Shown in pieces: positions 1-12,707 of a stretch of 64,000 nt of DNA (positions within the stretch are counted from its first letter, which is position 1; each line of letters begins with the position of its first letter). Position numbers and translations under genes: made by a program. The stretch comes from Trichodelitschia bisporula (lineage: Eukaryota), in NCBI GenBank assembly GCA_010356995.1, contig ML996704.1, forward strand, positions 682,001 through 746,000, written 5' to 3'. The notes below the pieces were generated by a model. It worked only from the letters and a program-made list of their open reading frames with translations, did not search any database and was not told where the DNA came from.

Positions 1-669
1 GGGTGGCAGTTCAATGAGGAGGGTGTCGGTGGGCACAATTTTGCGCGGGCGAGGTGGGCGAGGGGGAATGCTTGGGTGTGTATGGCTGTGCCGGAGATGC
101 TGCGGATTGCAGGGTGGGAGGAGGGGGATGCGGTGCGGGAGTGGTTGGTGAGCGTGTACCGCATGCAGTGTGCGGCGCTCCGCGGGTGCCAGGCGAAGAG
201 CGGGATGTGGCGTACGATATTGGATCGTCCGGAGGAGGAGGGGAGTTATGAAGAGTCGAGCGCGACGGCGGGGATTGCGTATGGGATATTGAAAGGGGTG
301 GATATGGGGCTTTTGGATCGAACGTTTCTTCCGGTGGTTGGTCGGGCGGTTAAGGGGGTTATGGACAAGATTAATGAGGGGGGCGAGTTGGAGGGGACGA
401 GTTTTGGGACGGGTATGGGGGATAGTCTTGAGCATTACTATGCGATTGAGAGAACTAGTATGCCGTATGGGCAGGCGTTGGCCATCATGTTGCTCGCGGA
501 GGTTCTGAAGGCGGTGGAGGAAGGGTGGTGGGGTGGGGAGGATGGGGGTGGTTTGGGAATGTACCAGCAGGCCTTGATGGATTTAGATAGGAGGTGTAGG
601 GCGCATGGTGAGCGTGAAAGGGCGCGAGAACGGGCAGGACGACAAGTGACGAGTGGAGTTCGTTTCTGA
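1..669 (+). CDS. Glycoside hydrolase family 105/88 (unsaturated rhamnogalacturonyl hydrolase, YteR-like), 5'-truncated by window edge
   Basis: Frame open from base 1: GWQF..GHNFARARWARGNAW, GMWRTILD, SYEESSATAGIAYGILKG, MPYGQALA. Confidence 0.88.
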   Translation, partial: GWQFNEEGVGGHNFARARWARGNAWVCMAVPEMLRIAGWEEGDAVREWLVSVYRMQCAALRGCQAKSGMWRTILDRPEEEGSYEESSATAGIAYGILKGVDMGLLDRTFLPVVGRAVKGVMDKINEGGELEGTSFGTGMGDSLEHYYAIERTSMPYGQALAIMLLAEVLKAVEEGWWGGEDGGGLGMYQQALMDLDRRCRAHGERERARERAGRQVTSGVRF

Positions 670-1586
670 ATACGCTTACGCTTGGACTTCGTGGAGCAGT
701 GCGGCCTCGGATGAATTGAGGTCCGCTTAGGTTGTGGAGATCGTACATCTGCGGCCGAGGAGGTGGCTGGGGGACTGAGATGCAATGCATGTGCACATAG
801 TCCGGAGCAAATTCCCTTCAAGCCCGGTTTTTTGGTTTGCAGCACCGAAATGCAATATGAAAGTCTAAACGTCGGATGGTGCTGTAGTTCTTCCTCTGGC
901 TTCGAACTCCTGCGTGATATCGGAAGGCAATGGGAGCGAAGATGGAATACGAAGGCTCGTCTGTGGAAATTAAGTCTGAAGCTTGGAAGAGTGAGATTTT
1001 CTCAAGGGCCTGCCAATGCTTTTTAAGCCGTCAGCAAAGGGGAATCCATACCGCAAAATTCAATGGCGAGATGGCGCAGTGAGCCCTAGAAGAGATGAAG
1101 CCGAAATGGACATCACCAACCCACGTGATGCGACAACTCCCCCAAAGATACCCTCTCCAGACTTGAGTACTACTCACGTACTACTATAGCTTCCAGAAGT
1201 ACTCACTATCGACGCAGCATATCGTATCACAACGTCCACCGTCACTCTCCATCACCACAATGCAAATACCCCCTCACGAGACTTGCACAGCCTCCTTCGA
1301 ACCCCACAAGGCTGAAATCGCACGAATCCGCCTCGTCTCGGGTACCACCCGATACGAGCTCTCCGCAAACGAGATTGGCGGCCATCTTTCCAGAAGCCCA
1401 TACCACAGCCCCGGGCCCCACGCGTCCCCATCTCGGCTCAAACTCGTTGACAAATCAGCGCGTCGGCGAGGCGAGGCAGTGATACGATGACGAGGGGTAT
1501 ATATGCAGCCTTTTGCAGGATCGTCACGCATCCCTAGACACACATCACGCATCACACCTCACGCATTACCCATCGCAGCAGCATAA

Positions 1587-2522
1587 ATGGCCACCATCCT
1601 CCTCCTCCCCCTCGCCTTCGCGCTCAACCACCTCGACAACAAACGCACAACCAAGCGCTCCGCCGCCATCGAAGCTTCATATCAATCCACCACCATGGCC
1701 ACCGCACGGCAGCCCGCTCCTCCCTACACTTCCCTCCCCACATCCAACCCTACCGACACCGCCGCCGAACCAACCGACTCGCCGCTCAACGTCGACGTCA
1801 ATGCCCTGACGCTGGACGAAAAGGCCGAACTGCAAAGCCTGCGCTCTAGTATCTCCGCCCCGCCGGCCTATGCGCCTTCGCCTTTCACGCCTACCTCGAC
1901 GCTGCATATCGCGTGCCGCGGGCAGCCGCTCTTGCGCCTTCCCCTTGCGCCGACGGAGCTTGAGATCCCCATCCACGCCGCCGACGGGACGAGGGTATAC
2001 ACGTCTGTGCGTGCGAAACGCAGCAGCGGGGATAGCGAGTTGGTGGCCGAGGGGAGGGGCGCGGTGGTGCAGACGGAGTATTTTTTCGGCCCGGGGAGGG
2101 CGCCGCGGATTACGCTCCTGGGTGATGGGGCGGTGAATGTATTGGTTCGGAGTCGGTGGTGTAGTCGGGAGCAGCGGTTTGTGCTCCCGAACCAGGGGGA
2201 GGTGGGGTGGGTTTATAGGAGGGAGAGGGATGAGGTTGCGGGGAAGAAGGTCTCCAGGCTGGTGCTTGAGGTTGGGGAGGGGAAGGAGGTGGTGAGGTTG
2301 GCGCAGTTGGTTAGGAATGAGGAGTCCCGCGCGCCGGGGAGTAAGCGGTGTGATGCGGGGAATGGGGGGGCGTTGGAGATGGATGCGCGGGCGATGGAGC
2401 GGTGGGGTGTGGGGGAGGAGGTGGTTGTTGCGACGTGCCTGTTGATGCTGAAGAAGGAGATTGATCGGAGGAGGGTGGTGCAGATGATGGTTATTGCGGG
2501 GGTGGTGGGTGGTGCGAGCTAA
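1587..2522 (+). CDS. Fungal hypothetical protein (311 aa)
   Basis: Long ORF with coding-like bias; TATA-like GTATATAT near 1497; C-terminus VVVATCLLMLKKEIDRRR. Confidence 0.75.
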   Translation: MATILLLPLAFALNHLDNKRTTKRSAAIEASYQSTTMATARQPAPPYTSLPTSNPTDTAAEPTDSPLNVDVNALTLDEKAELQSLRSSISAPPAYAPSPFTPTSTLHIACRGQPLLRLPLAPTELEIPIHAADGTRVYTSVRAKRSSGDSELVAEGRGAVVQTEYFFGPGRAPRITLLGDGAVNVLVRSRWCSREQRFVLPNQGEVGWVYRRERDEVAGKKVSRLVLEVGEGKEVVRLAQLVRNEESRAPGSKRCDAGNGGALEMDARAMERWGVGEEVVVATCLLMLKKEIDRRRVVQMMVIAGVVGGAS

Positions 2523-3073
2523 GTCGTTTGGTTGCTTGTCTTGTTTTTGGTTGTATGCTTTTGTGGGAAGGTAGGATAGATGAAGGGAGATTGCGCTGGG
2601 TTTTGGGTCATTTCGGAGTGCGGGTAGCCGGGTAGTCTTTATCGGGGTTTGACGCCGCTGCATAACCACGTGTTGAATCCTTCACGACCACCCATTGGAA
2701 TTGTGTTCTTGATCTCTCCCCAGTATCAGTGTCGCCAAACAAGTAGATCGAAACAACTGCTCCCCGGAACTCATCGGCCGTTTCACATGACGCCCCTCGG
2801 CCCTAAACCTCGGGCGCACTAGCCGCATCACGGGCCGATCCCAGCACGACATCACCAACTTCACCACCACATCCCCATTCCGTGGAACACATATAATCAA
2901 AAACGATGTGACAACTGAAACTCGCGACCAAATTTGCACCTCGCATTCCTCGGACGATGGACTCACATGTACATATACGGCCAGTCGGGCCTAGGACTCG
3001 ATCCTCACCTTCCTGTTCTTTCTCCTTGTAGATCTAGTCCTTCGTTGTGTAGATACCCCTAAACGCCATCATC

Positions 3074-4798
3074 ATGGCGCCCATATCCCGTCTCTCTCTC
3101 CTCTCCCTCCTCTCCCTCGCCACCGCCGAGTTGACAAAAGTCTCAACCCCTGTCAACGTCCTCGCCGCGGAAGCCTTACTCGCCGAGGCCGCGCCGGTCG
3201 CCGCCTCGCCCTCTGTCACAGCCACATGCAAAGACCTAGAAAAAGCCGTCCCCGGCCAGGTACAATACAGCACCGGGCCGCTCTATGCTCAGGAAACGAA
3301 AAACTACTGGTCCGCCGCACTATGGGAGGAGAAGCCCTTCTGTATCCTCTTCCCCAAGGAGCCGGAGCACGTAGCCTCCGCCGTCAAGGTCCTGAACACG
3401 CACAAGGGCGTCAAGTTCGCGGTTAAGAGCGGCGGACATGATCCTAACCCGGGCCATGCGACGGCACGGGACAGCGTGCTGATTAGTATGTTGTTGATGA
3501 ATGGGACGACGTATGATCCGGCCAAGAAGGTGGCGTATGTCAAGCCGGGCGGGACTTGGAATGATGTTATTGGCGTGCTGGATAAGCAGGGTGTTACGGT
3601 TGTTGGAGGCCGGTTGGGTTAGTTTCTTGATGCTACGGTGCGGGCGAGGCTGATGATACAGGGCCGGTTGGACTGGGCGGGTATCTCGTGCAGGGCGGGC
3701 TGTCGTTCTTGAGCGCGCAGTACGGCATGGCGGCGGATGTAAGGCGCCTCCTTCTTTTCCTGCAACCGATCTAACCCGCTAGAATGTCCTGAACTTCGAA
3801 ACCGTAATGGCCAACGGCTCCATCGTCAACATCAACGCGCAAACCGACCGCGACCTACTCATCGCCATGCGCGGCTCCGGAAACCAATTCGGCATCGTAA
3901 CCAAATTCACCATCCAAACCCACCCCATCGGCAAGGTGTGGGGCGGGTACAAAATCTACCTCGGGTCCAGCAACAACAAGGCTGTCTTCGCTGGGCTGCA
4001 CGACTTCATCGCTAACAATAAGGACCCTAAGGCCGCTGTCATTGTGAACACGAACCAAATGATCGGCATGAGCGTGTACATGGTGTTCTACTTCTACGAC
4101 GGGCCGACCCCACCGAAGGGCACGTTTGGCAAACTTGAGGATATCAAGGCTACGCTGGATATGTGCAAGTCCCGCACGTACGCTGATTTGGTACGTGTCC
4201 TCCCCCCTCTCCTCATCCCTCGTCTAACCATCCACAGCTGCAATTCAATGGCCAGGGCGTCGCCGGGCTCGGGCAGCGCACCTCCTTCCGCAGCGTCACG
4301 CTTCCCTTCCTCCCCGGCCACGCGGACTGGTACGGCGAGATCGAGAAAACGTGGTGGGACATCACGGCCTCGTTCGTCAAGTCGCACCTCACGGGCGGGG
4401 CCACCATCGCCTTCCAGCCCTTCACCAAAGCCATCGCTTCCGCCTCGGAAAAGCGTGGCGGGAACACCATGGGCCTGAAAGCCAGCGACCCGCACCGCTT
4501 TATTCTCGAGATTAACTTCCTCTGGGGAAATAAGACCGACGATCAGCTGATTTGGAGTATGGGCAAGCAGTTGACGGATAAGATTGCGGCGCAGGTGAAG
4601 GGGTTCAACGGGGCGAAGTATGTGAATACGGCGGGGGTTGCTGCGGCGCAGAGTTATACGCCGTATTTTATGAATGATGCGAGTGATGATCAGCCTGTTA
4701 CGGGGAGTTATCGCGATGGGGCGAGGTTTGCGGCGTTGCAGAAGATGCATGATCCGCAGGGGTTGTGGAAGAGAGTGGGTGGGTTCAAGTACGACTAG
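3074..4798 (+). CDS. Secreted FAD-binding oxidoreductase (FAD_binding_4/BBE-like), 3 introns
   Basis: Signal peptide; FAVKSGGH flavinylation motif, VVGGR|GPVGLGG, MRGSGNQFGIVTKF, C-terminal LQKMHDPQG; introns near 3619-3661, 3739-3782, 4191-4237. Confidence 0.9.
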
Positions 4799-5211
4799 GC
4801 TTGTGGGAGTGGACAGTGGAAACGTGGGATCCTATGCCGTCGATGGATGGTTGGGAGTGTACAGTAGATCGACGGATTTCTGGCTCAGTGTACATTTAGG
4901 GAAGATCGGGTTTCGTGTTTAGATCCAAGAGCATTGAAGGACGTTTCCGTGGGCGTTTCGAAACGCACCACGAGTGCTACGATCACTGGCATGGACGTGT
5001 CATACGACGTCAGACACGCCCCTCGAGCTATTAATGAAGCTCAATTAGTACGCACCCTTGTCTAAATTACACCCATCTATAACCCGTGCCACCATCTATA
5101 ACCCACGTTGCCGCGATCCGAGCACATGTGCCGAAAAACGCCGACTCGTCCACACTTCTATATCACCCGTCTATAGTGTATCTGTCGCCGGGTAACGTCT
5201 AGATTGCCCCC

Positions 5212-7114
5212 TCAAAACCGGGATATGTCGCGGCCAAACGCCCAATTGAGGAACCTAGACCAATTAGCCTCGTCCTGCCAAAGCTCCTCAAGCCAACTAC
5301 TCGCCAGTAAATCGGAATAAGCACCCGATTCCGCCACGAAATGCTCTTCGCAAGATACGCACCCTGCGGCTCGTCAGCCTTGCTCACAGCCCAACAGCCG
5401 CACAAAACTCACCCGCCACACCAACCACGCTGCGCGCCCCGCAATCCCCTGCCCCTTATTCCCGATCTCATATATAGCCTTCGACCCACCAAGATACGCC
5501 AGAATCCCCAGATTCCGAAACCGGAAGCGCGTCGTATGCAAATCGCCCCGGTTCAGGCGCTTTGCCAGCCACAGCGCCTTCTGGCTCGCCACCTGCGCCG
5601 TCGCCGGGTACTGCACGCCCTCGATGACGGAGCAATCCCCAATAGCAAACACATCCCTCAGATGCGCCTTGACCCCCGGCTCCGCGTGCTCCGCCTCGTC
5701 CGGGACGATGAGCACGCGGAGTCGATCGTTGGTTACTATGGAGCCGGTTTTCGGGTCCCGTAGGATGTGCCAGGGTATTTCGCCGGCGTGCGGCATGGCG
5801 GATTTGAAGATTACTTCTTTGGGGGGGAAGCGCCGAATTGTGCTGAGGGCTTTTTGGATGAAGGGGTTCATCATGAGCCTGGGGCGTTAGCTAGGAGGAT
5901 TGAAAGGTCGGGGAGGGGATAAGTGGAAAGGGCAAAGACGCACCCAGTCGACCAAATGCACATCCCCACGCCCACATCCGGCTCCCCCGCGATGCTCAGC
6001 GTGTATCCCAACCGCCCGGACTTGAGCCCCGGATCCACACCCGGCAGCCCCGCGCGCAGACTCTGAATCGTCCGGCTCGTCTTGACATCAATCCCACCCC
6101 GCGCAAACAAATCAAGCGCATACCGCGCCAGGCGCGCATCAAACGCGCTGAGCACACTCGGGGACACATCAAACAGGCTAATCTTCGCAAACTGCACCAG
6201 CTCCGGGTATATCCTTGCCATGTCCTGATAAATCAGATCGTGCAACTCCGCGCTGAACTCCACGCCCGTCGGCCCGCCGCCCACAACCGCAAAGTGTAAG
6301 ATCTGGCGGCGGACCGCGTCGGGCGTCGTGGGCAGCGCAGCGGTTTCGAAAGACTCGAGCAGGCGCCGCCGGATCTTTCTTGCGTCGCCCACGTCTTTGA
6401 GGAAGTGCGCGTGCTGCCGCACGCCCGGCACATCGAACGTCTGGTTGTAGCACCCGACCGCGATCACTAGCTTATCGTACCGCAGGTTGAACATCTGCCC
6501 GCTCGCGTGCTTAGCCACGAGCTCTGCATCCAGCGTCGCGGCGTCTTTGCCCTCATACCGAGCGGCCACGAGCGCGGTGCCCTGCCTTGGATCCGCGACT
6601 GCTTCTTCAACCCGCACGGTCTTGGAGTACAGGTCTACGTCATCGGCCCAGCCTTGAATGAAGGCAGCGCGGTTGCGCCGGCTGCGGATACTCTCGACTG
6701 CGGTGCGGAATTCGAGGGTCCCGACCGCCGTGCTGGCGAGGAGGGGCGTGAAGACGAAGTAGGACCGTGGACTGACGATTACGACTTGGTACTTTCTGTG
6801 ATCGAGGGTGCGGGAGAGTGAGTAACCGGCCCAGCCTGGTGGAGTTAGATAATAGAGTAAAATATGAAGGGGAGTAGCCCACCGGACCCTAATATCACGA
6901 CCCGCTCCCGCCTGTTCAGCGTCGCGTCTAGCTCGCGCGTGCTCAGCTCGCCGGTGGCAGCGGGGCTCTCGCCCTCGGGCAGCGTGCCCATACGTCTACG
7001 GCCGTCATGGCGCGTTCTCGACGCGCGGGCGGTTAGAAGAGCGAGCTTTGGGACGGTGGTTCTGCTCACGAGGTAGCGTGCGACGGAGAACGGGGCGGGG
7101 CCGAGGAGGGGCAT
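5212..7114 (-). CDS. Type II (alternative) NADH:ubiquinone oxidoreductase, pyridine nucleotide-disulfide oxidoreductase family, multi-exon
   Basis: VVILGS|GWAG, SPRSYFVFTPLL, YDKLVIAVG, VVGGGPTGVEFSAEL, FAIGDC, PATAQVASQ, terminal W|FLNWAFGRDISRF*; Arg-rich presequence-like N-terminus. Confidence 0.92.
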
Positions 7115-8360
7115 GGCGGAGCGCGGGAGCGCGGCGGAAGCGCTGCGACGACTAAAAACAACAGAAAATGCACAAGAATGGAAGGACCGACTCAAGGATT
7201 GATGATTCTCTCTCTCTCTCAGCCTCGGGGAGGAAGCAGATAGCTCAAATATGCCAGCCTTCAGCTCCCCCGTTATCCGTTGTCGTCGGACTCCGAGGCC
7301 CACTCCGATGCCGACGGACCTCCCTCCTACCCCCCTCAGCTACGGTATCTTAGGTACGGTGCTCCACCCGAAGCCCCCATCGGGCAAACCCGCCGCATGA
7401 TGAGCCCAACACTGATGTTTCACATCGCCGGGACTGCGGGAGTCGTCCGAGATGCGCAGGGGAAGCCGCGACGCGCGCCGTGCACCGTTCAGGCACGCCA
7501 GCCACAATATCCAGGCATGTGATAAGCGTCGACGTTAACCTGCGCCAATAATACGGGAATGCATGAACAGCGAAAGGGAAGAGGTGAGCATGTTTCGTGA
7601 TGCTCATGTGCTCTGTTGTTGTCGGCAAGAACCGGAAGGGGAGGAGATACAGACGAGGTGCCTAGCGCAAATCAACGTCGAAGACCATCTCGCAATCAAC
7701 AATCCAGCCCAACGAAGCGCAGATCGCACTGCATCTGACCCACACCGCTGGGCCAAGCCAGGCTGACATGTGGCCCTCGCGCGACAGCCTCATGGCGCTC
7801 AACGCGGATGGTTGAGAATGACGTTGGCGACAAAAATAGAAAAAAAAGAGAAACATAAGACATTAAGGCCATTGGACTCCATTCAACGGTGTCAGCTTCG
7901 CACCATTCCGCGTTCGGCCCCGCGTCCCGAAGTCACCCCGCTGGCAGGTCGTCACATTAAGCTCAGGCGGCTGCGGGAGCGCACGAATGGTTCTGCGGCC
8001 CGACTCCGAAATCGGGCGGGGTCGTTGTGGCTTCAGGGGTCGCAATCAGGACGTCGGTACGAGCCGGAGCAGCTGCTACGCTAACCTTACTTAAGAAGCA
8101 TGGAGATACAGCCATGATCTCGAGCAGGCACGTCATCCCGAGTCTTGTCCCTCGGCACGCCCAAATACCCGGGTTAGATATCTTCCCCTCAATGCTCGCT
8201 GGGTTGAATCCGGTATCGTGCCCCTCATTGCCCCTCATTGCCCCGCTCAGGTATCATACCCTTCTCAGTCTCATCGACACCCTCCCCCATCAATCCCCAT
8301 AGACCCAGATCCGGTCTCGGTCCTCCCAAACCCCCCTAAGGCCCACTCCCCATAGCCTCT

Positions 8361-9745
8361 TCAAACACCCCAGCCTACACCCCCCTCCCCCGCATCCCTT
8401 GCAATATCCACCGCCCCACTAACCTCAATAAAATCCTCCAACTCCTCACTCACCGTCTTCAACTTCTCCTTCACACTCGTTACCCCCTCAAAACTCACAA
8501 TGTGCCTAGCGGGCGGGTTCTCATGACCCCCGATCGCGGCGAGCGCATACACCGTCTCCGCCACTAGTTCCTCCCTTAACCCTGCCCCAAGCGGCGCGTA
8601 CAAACTCGCCGCGCCCGGGCCGCGTAGTTGCGCCCCCGCTGACGACTGCTCTGCGGGGGGAGGCGACTCGGCTTCGGCGGGGCCTTCGGCTGGCGCCTCG
8701 GCCTGCGCATCATCCAGCCGGTCCAGCAGATGCGCGATGATATCGCGTGTCAGCGGCGCGGGGTTGACGTCCGGTGCGTAAGGCGGGAGGGGGGGCACGG
8801 CCGTGATTTTATTCGTCAGGATCTGTATCTCCAGATTCGGCTGTACGATGGTCATTTTGATGTTGAAGGGCGCGATTTCGTAGGCCAGGGACTAGGGGAT
8901 GGGGGTTAGTTGGGTATGGGAAGGAGGGCAAGGAGAAGGGGGAGGCCCACGTCGCAGAACCCTTCCAGCGCCCATTGACTGGAGCAGTACATCCCCAGAC
9001 CTGGGGTGCCGAGATGCCCGGCTGCGCGAGTTAGCCGCGTTCCGCCCGAGTAGAGGCAAGGCTCACTGATTCCTGTGACGGCAACAAAATGCCCGCTGCG
9101 GCGAGCGCGCATACTCGGCAGACACGCCCTGACAAGATTCACATGCCCAAAAAAGTTCGTCTCCAACTGCTCCCGCACCAGTGTAACCGCCCTCGCATCC
9201 TGACCCATCTCCTCCACCGCCCCAATCAGAGCTGTCCCCACACATTAGCTACATATCCCATTAACCCCCCATTTCCCTAACCCACCTTCACTCCGACACA
9301 GCAGCACAATATCCACGCGCCCAAAAATCCTTAGAGCCTCCGCAACCGCCGCCTGACACAGCGCCACGGAGCGTGCATCCAGCGCTACCGCGCGAAACCT
9401 CTCTTTCCTCCCCCCTTTCCACCCTTCTACCCCTTCCTTATCCCCCTCCTCATCCTCCCCCTCACCCTCCCCCCCCGTACCAACCTCCCCCACAAACGCC
9501 CTAAACGCCTCCCCCCTTGGCCCCTTATACTCCCCCGGTACAACGCCCGCAACCACCGCGTCGCCGTGCGCAAGGAGCAGTCGTGTCAGCGCGAGGGATA
9601 TAGGCGCCAGTCCATCGTCTAGGAACCAGACTCGCGGGCCAGAGTGGGCTGGGAAGTGGGGGTGGCCGGGGGTTGCCGCTGGAGGAGGGGGAAGGGGGGG
9701 TGGTGGGGGGCCCGAGTCGTCGGCTGAGGGGGGATCGATGTCCAT
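8361..9745 (-). CDS. Short-chain dehydrogenase/reductase, atypical, multi-exon
   Basis: FGRVDIVL, QLETNFFGHVNLVRACLPSMR, GMYCSSQWALEGFCD|SLAYEIAPFNIKMTIVQP. Confidence 0.85.
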
Positions 9746-10156
9746 TGTGCTGTGGGAAAGAGAGATTTTAGGAGGAGAAGTGCTTTGTTACATGGTGTTG
9801 AAGATGATGGGGAGTTGGGATAAGGTAGCGCGGTTGGGCGGGTCGGCTCCGCGAGTCGGCTGCGCGAAGTGCCAAGGGACGGGCCGGGCCGCTGCATGCT
9901 GGGCCAATACCGTAAGTTAGCGATCACGGGCCGTCCCGAATATCAGTCTGCGAAGAGACTTCATTTTGCAGCGCCACTGCCGTAGAAGGCCACTGAATTC
10001 ATTATCTGAAGTGCGTTCATTATGCACAGCTACCAACGTGGAAGCCCCTAGTTGCCCAAACCATCAACGCCAAACGCCAACCGTTGATCAATGCCACTCA
10101 ATCTTTTCACCGGGGTATCACGTCCACACTTAACAAAACCGCAATCAAAACCGCCG

Positions 10157-11247
10157 TCATGAAGGGCTAACCGGGCTCCCAGGCGCCTTGCTCTTCCGGC
10201 GCTTGGCCCGAAGTGTCGCATTCGCACTGGCAGGAGTCTTCCCAAGCCCACTAGCCTTCCGCGGCAACTCCGTCTTGATAGGCGGCGGAGTAGGCCTTGC
10301 CGCCGCCGCCGCCGCCGCAGCCGCAGCAGCAGCCGTCTCCTGCGTCTTGGTCAGGGCCGCCTGCTTCGCCTGCTGCTGCGCCTGCGTGTACGCGTGCGTA
10401 GACTTGAACATGAACCCGCTCGGATCGCCCACCAGCGGGTTCTCGTCCATGTATTCGCCGCCGTAGCGTAGGGAGAGTTGGAGCGAGCGCCAGAGCGCTG
10501 CTTCCTGCATGTATTTCTCACGGTCTTGGGGGGCTGTGCTGGATGTTGAGGCCTGGGAGGGTTGTGGGGCCTGGCTCTCGGGGGCTGGGGTGCCGGCTTT
10601 GCTGCCCATTGTTGACTCGAGGTCGCTGCGTGGGGTCTTGGTGACGGGTTGCCGGTAGCTGTAGCCGCCGCCGGGGCTCCAGAGCTGTGTCTGGTTGGCG
10701 GTCTCAAAAACTTGACCGATGTTGTTGACGACGGAAATCTAGCCATTAGTTAACTCCCAAGTGTACGCGGCCAACCTACCAGCCGGTTGGCGAGCATGTC
10801 CCCTAGTGACGGCGCCTGGTAAATGTTCTCGCTGACGGCAAAGTAGGTGCCCAGGATTGTGATGTCATCCTCGTCATCACCCTTCTGCCGCAGATGTTTC
10901 CGAATCGTCCACACAGGATTCATGGTCTCGGTCGTTTGTGTAGGCCCGTCGACGATCATGTACTCGATGCCGTTCATCCCGCGGAGGCGCTGCTCAAAGT
11001 CTTGCCGGTTCTGCAGGATGGCTGCGATGCCAGGGTTCGCGCGAGCCTGAAGCTCCAAGTTCTTGTTGTTGGACATGTTATCGCAGAAGGGCGAGTTGAG
11101 GAAGTAGAGGTGAACTGGATGGTTAACGGGATCACGGCAGGTACCTGTGGACGTACTGTTCTCTGCGCGAATGCCGCCGTAGAAGGCGACAGCCATTGGT
11201 TGGCGCCATTGCAGCTCATCGAGCGGGATTTGCTTGATGTCGGCCAT
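10157..11247 (-). CDS. MED6: Mediator of RNA polymerase II transcription subunit 6
   Basis: PLDELQW, YFLNSPFCD..SNN, LRGMNGIEY, VWTIRK, YFAVSENIYQAPSL, EYMDENPLVGDP; two introns. Confidence 0.92.
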
Positions 11248-11445
11248 GGCTGTTGTGCTGGGTGCGAAGCCGTAGTGTCAGTGTTCGGGAAGAAGTCGAG
11301 TCGAAAGCGTCGCCAGGGGACCCCCACTCATGCACCCCGCCAGATTTCTGCCAAGCGGACTGGGGTGGCTGGGTGAAGCAGAGCCGCATTTACAACTCAC
11401 GACATTCCATCACAAGCACGCGACTGTCATCTCTACGCCATCGAA

Positions 11446-12247
11446 ATGGATCTCCTACAAACCGTCCGCAAAGAGGGAAGCCGGTAAGTTTGCCTCACAC
11501 ATCCGATGCACCGCTAACCCGCGCAGCGGCGGCCGCGGCGATTTCAAATGGGACGACGTCAAGAACGATGCCCACCGCGAGAACTACCTTGGCCACTCAG
11601 TCATGGCCCGTACGTCTCCCATCCCCTATACGTCTCCAATAATCTAACCCGCAACAGCCGTGGGCCGCTGGCAAAAAGGTCGCGACCTGAACTGGTACAC
11701 CAAAGGCGACGACAAAGCTGCGGAGGCCTCCGCACGCGCCGAAGAAATCCGCAAGATCAAAGAGGCTGAGGAAGATGCACGCGCCATTGCGCTTGGTCTC
11801 CCGCCGCCAAATCGCACACGGGAGGAGAATGCGAATCTAGAACCGATTGGTGAGGCGGATAAGATGGCGCAGCCTGAAGCGCTGGAGGACAAGAAGGATG
11901 AGGAGGAGCGGCCGAGAAAGCATCGGCATCGGCATCGTAGCCGTGATCGCGATGGACACAGGCGTCACCGCTCGCGCTCTCGCGACCCCGAACACCGCCG
12001 CCGACATGAGCGTGATCATTCAAGGGAGCGTCACCGTGAACGGCATCGCGAGCGACACCATGAGCGCTCACGAGAGCGTATACGGGAGCGGTCGCGAGAC
12101 TGCCGGCGTGACCGCAGTTTGGAGAGGCAAGACGGACCGCAGCGTCGGCGAGATGAGCGTGAGCCTTCGGTTGAGCGAAAGCGGAGGAGGCGAGATGACC
12201 GTAGTCGGTCGCCGTATCGCGGAGGTGTGGAGCGCGAAAGAGACTGA
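11446..12247 (+). CDS. MMTAG2/C1orf35-like protein with RS/RE-rich tail
   Basis: Spliced [54 protein letters not shown]; Arg/Asp/Glu/His-rich C-terminus. Confidence 0.88.
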
Positions 12248-12594
12248 TTGTTGGCCGTTGAATTTAAGAATGAAATTTTGGAGCGTTTGATTCCTAGATA
12301 CCCGGTCCAACTACGACGAATTACAGAGTGAGAGGTTTCTGGTTAGCCTCCGTCGTCTTTTATCACTTTCTGTCCGACTATGCCCGATTTATATCTTCGA
12401 GCTCCGGATTTATAGCAGCATCCTACCCTGCGTCGAATAGTTTAAAGTGCATGGTGTCGATGACGTGTGCATTCTCCGTGCTGGGACCTAAACGACTTAT
12501 ACGTGTTAGGCGAAACCGTAACTTGGATCGGGTCCTCGAACGTGGCAGGGCCGCGTGTTCCTATACTTGGACATCAAGAGACACCTCACCCACT

Positions 12595-12707
12595 CCACCA
12601 TAACCACCATAACCATTATAACCACCATAACCACCATAACCATCATAACCGCCATAACCACCATCACCACCATAACCGCCACCGCCACCCCCACAACCAT
12701 CACCACA
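12595..12707 (+). repeat. Imperfect (ACC/ATA/ATC)n, ACCACCATA-like simple repeat directly upstream of an ATG
   Basis: ccaccataaccaccataaccattataaccaccataaccaccataacc... Confidence 0.85.
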
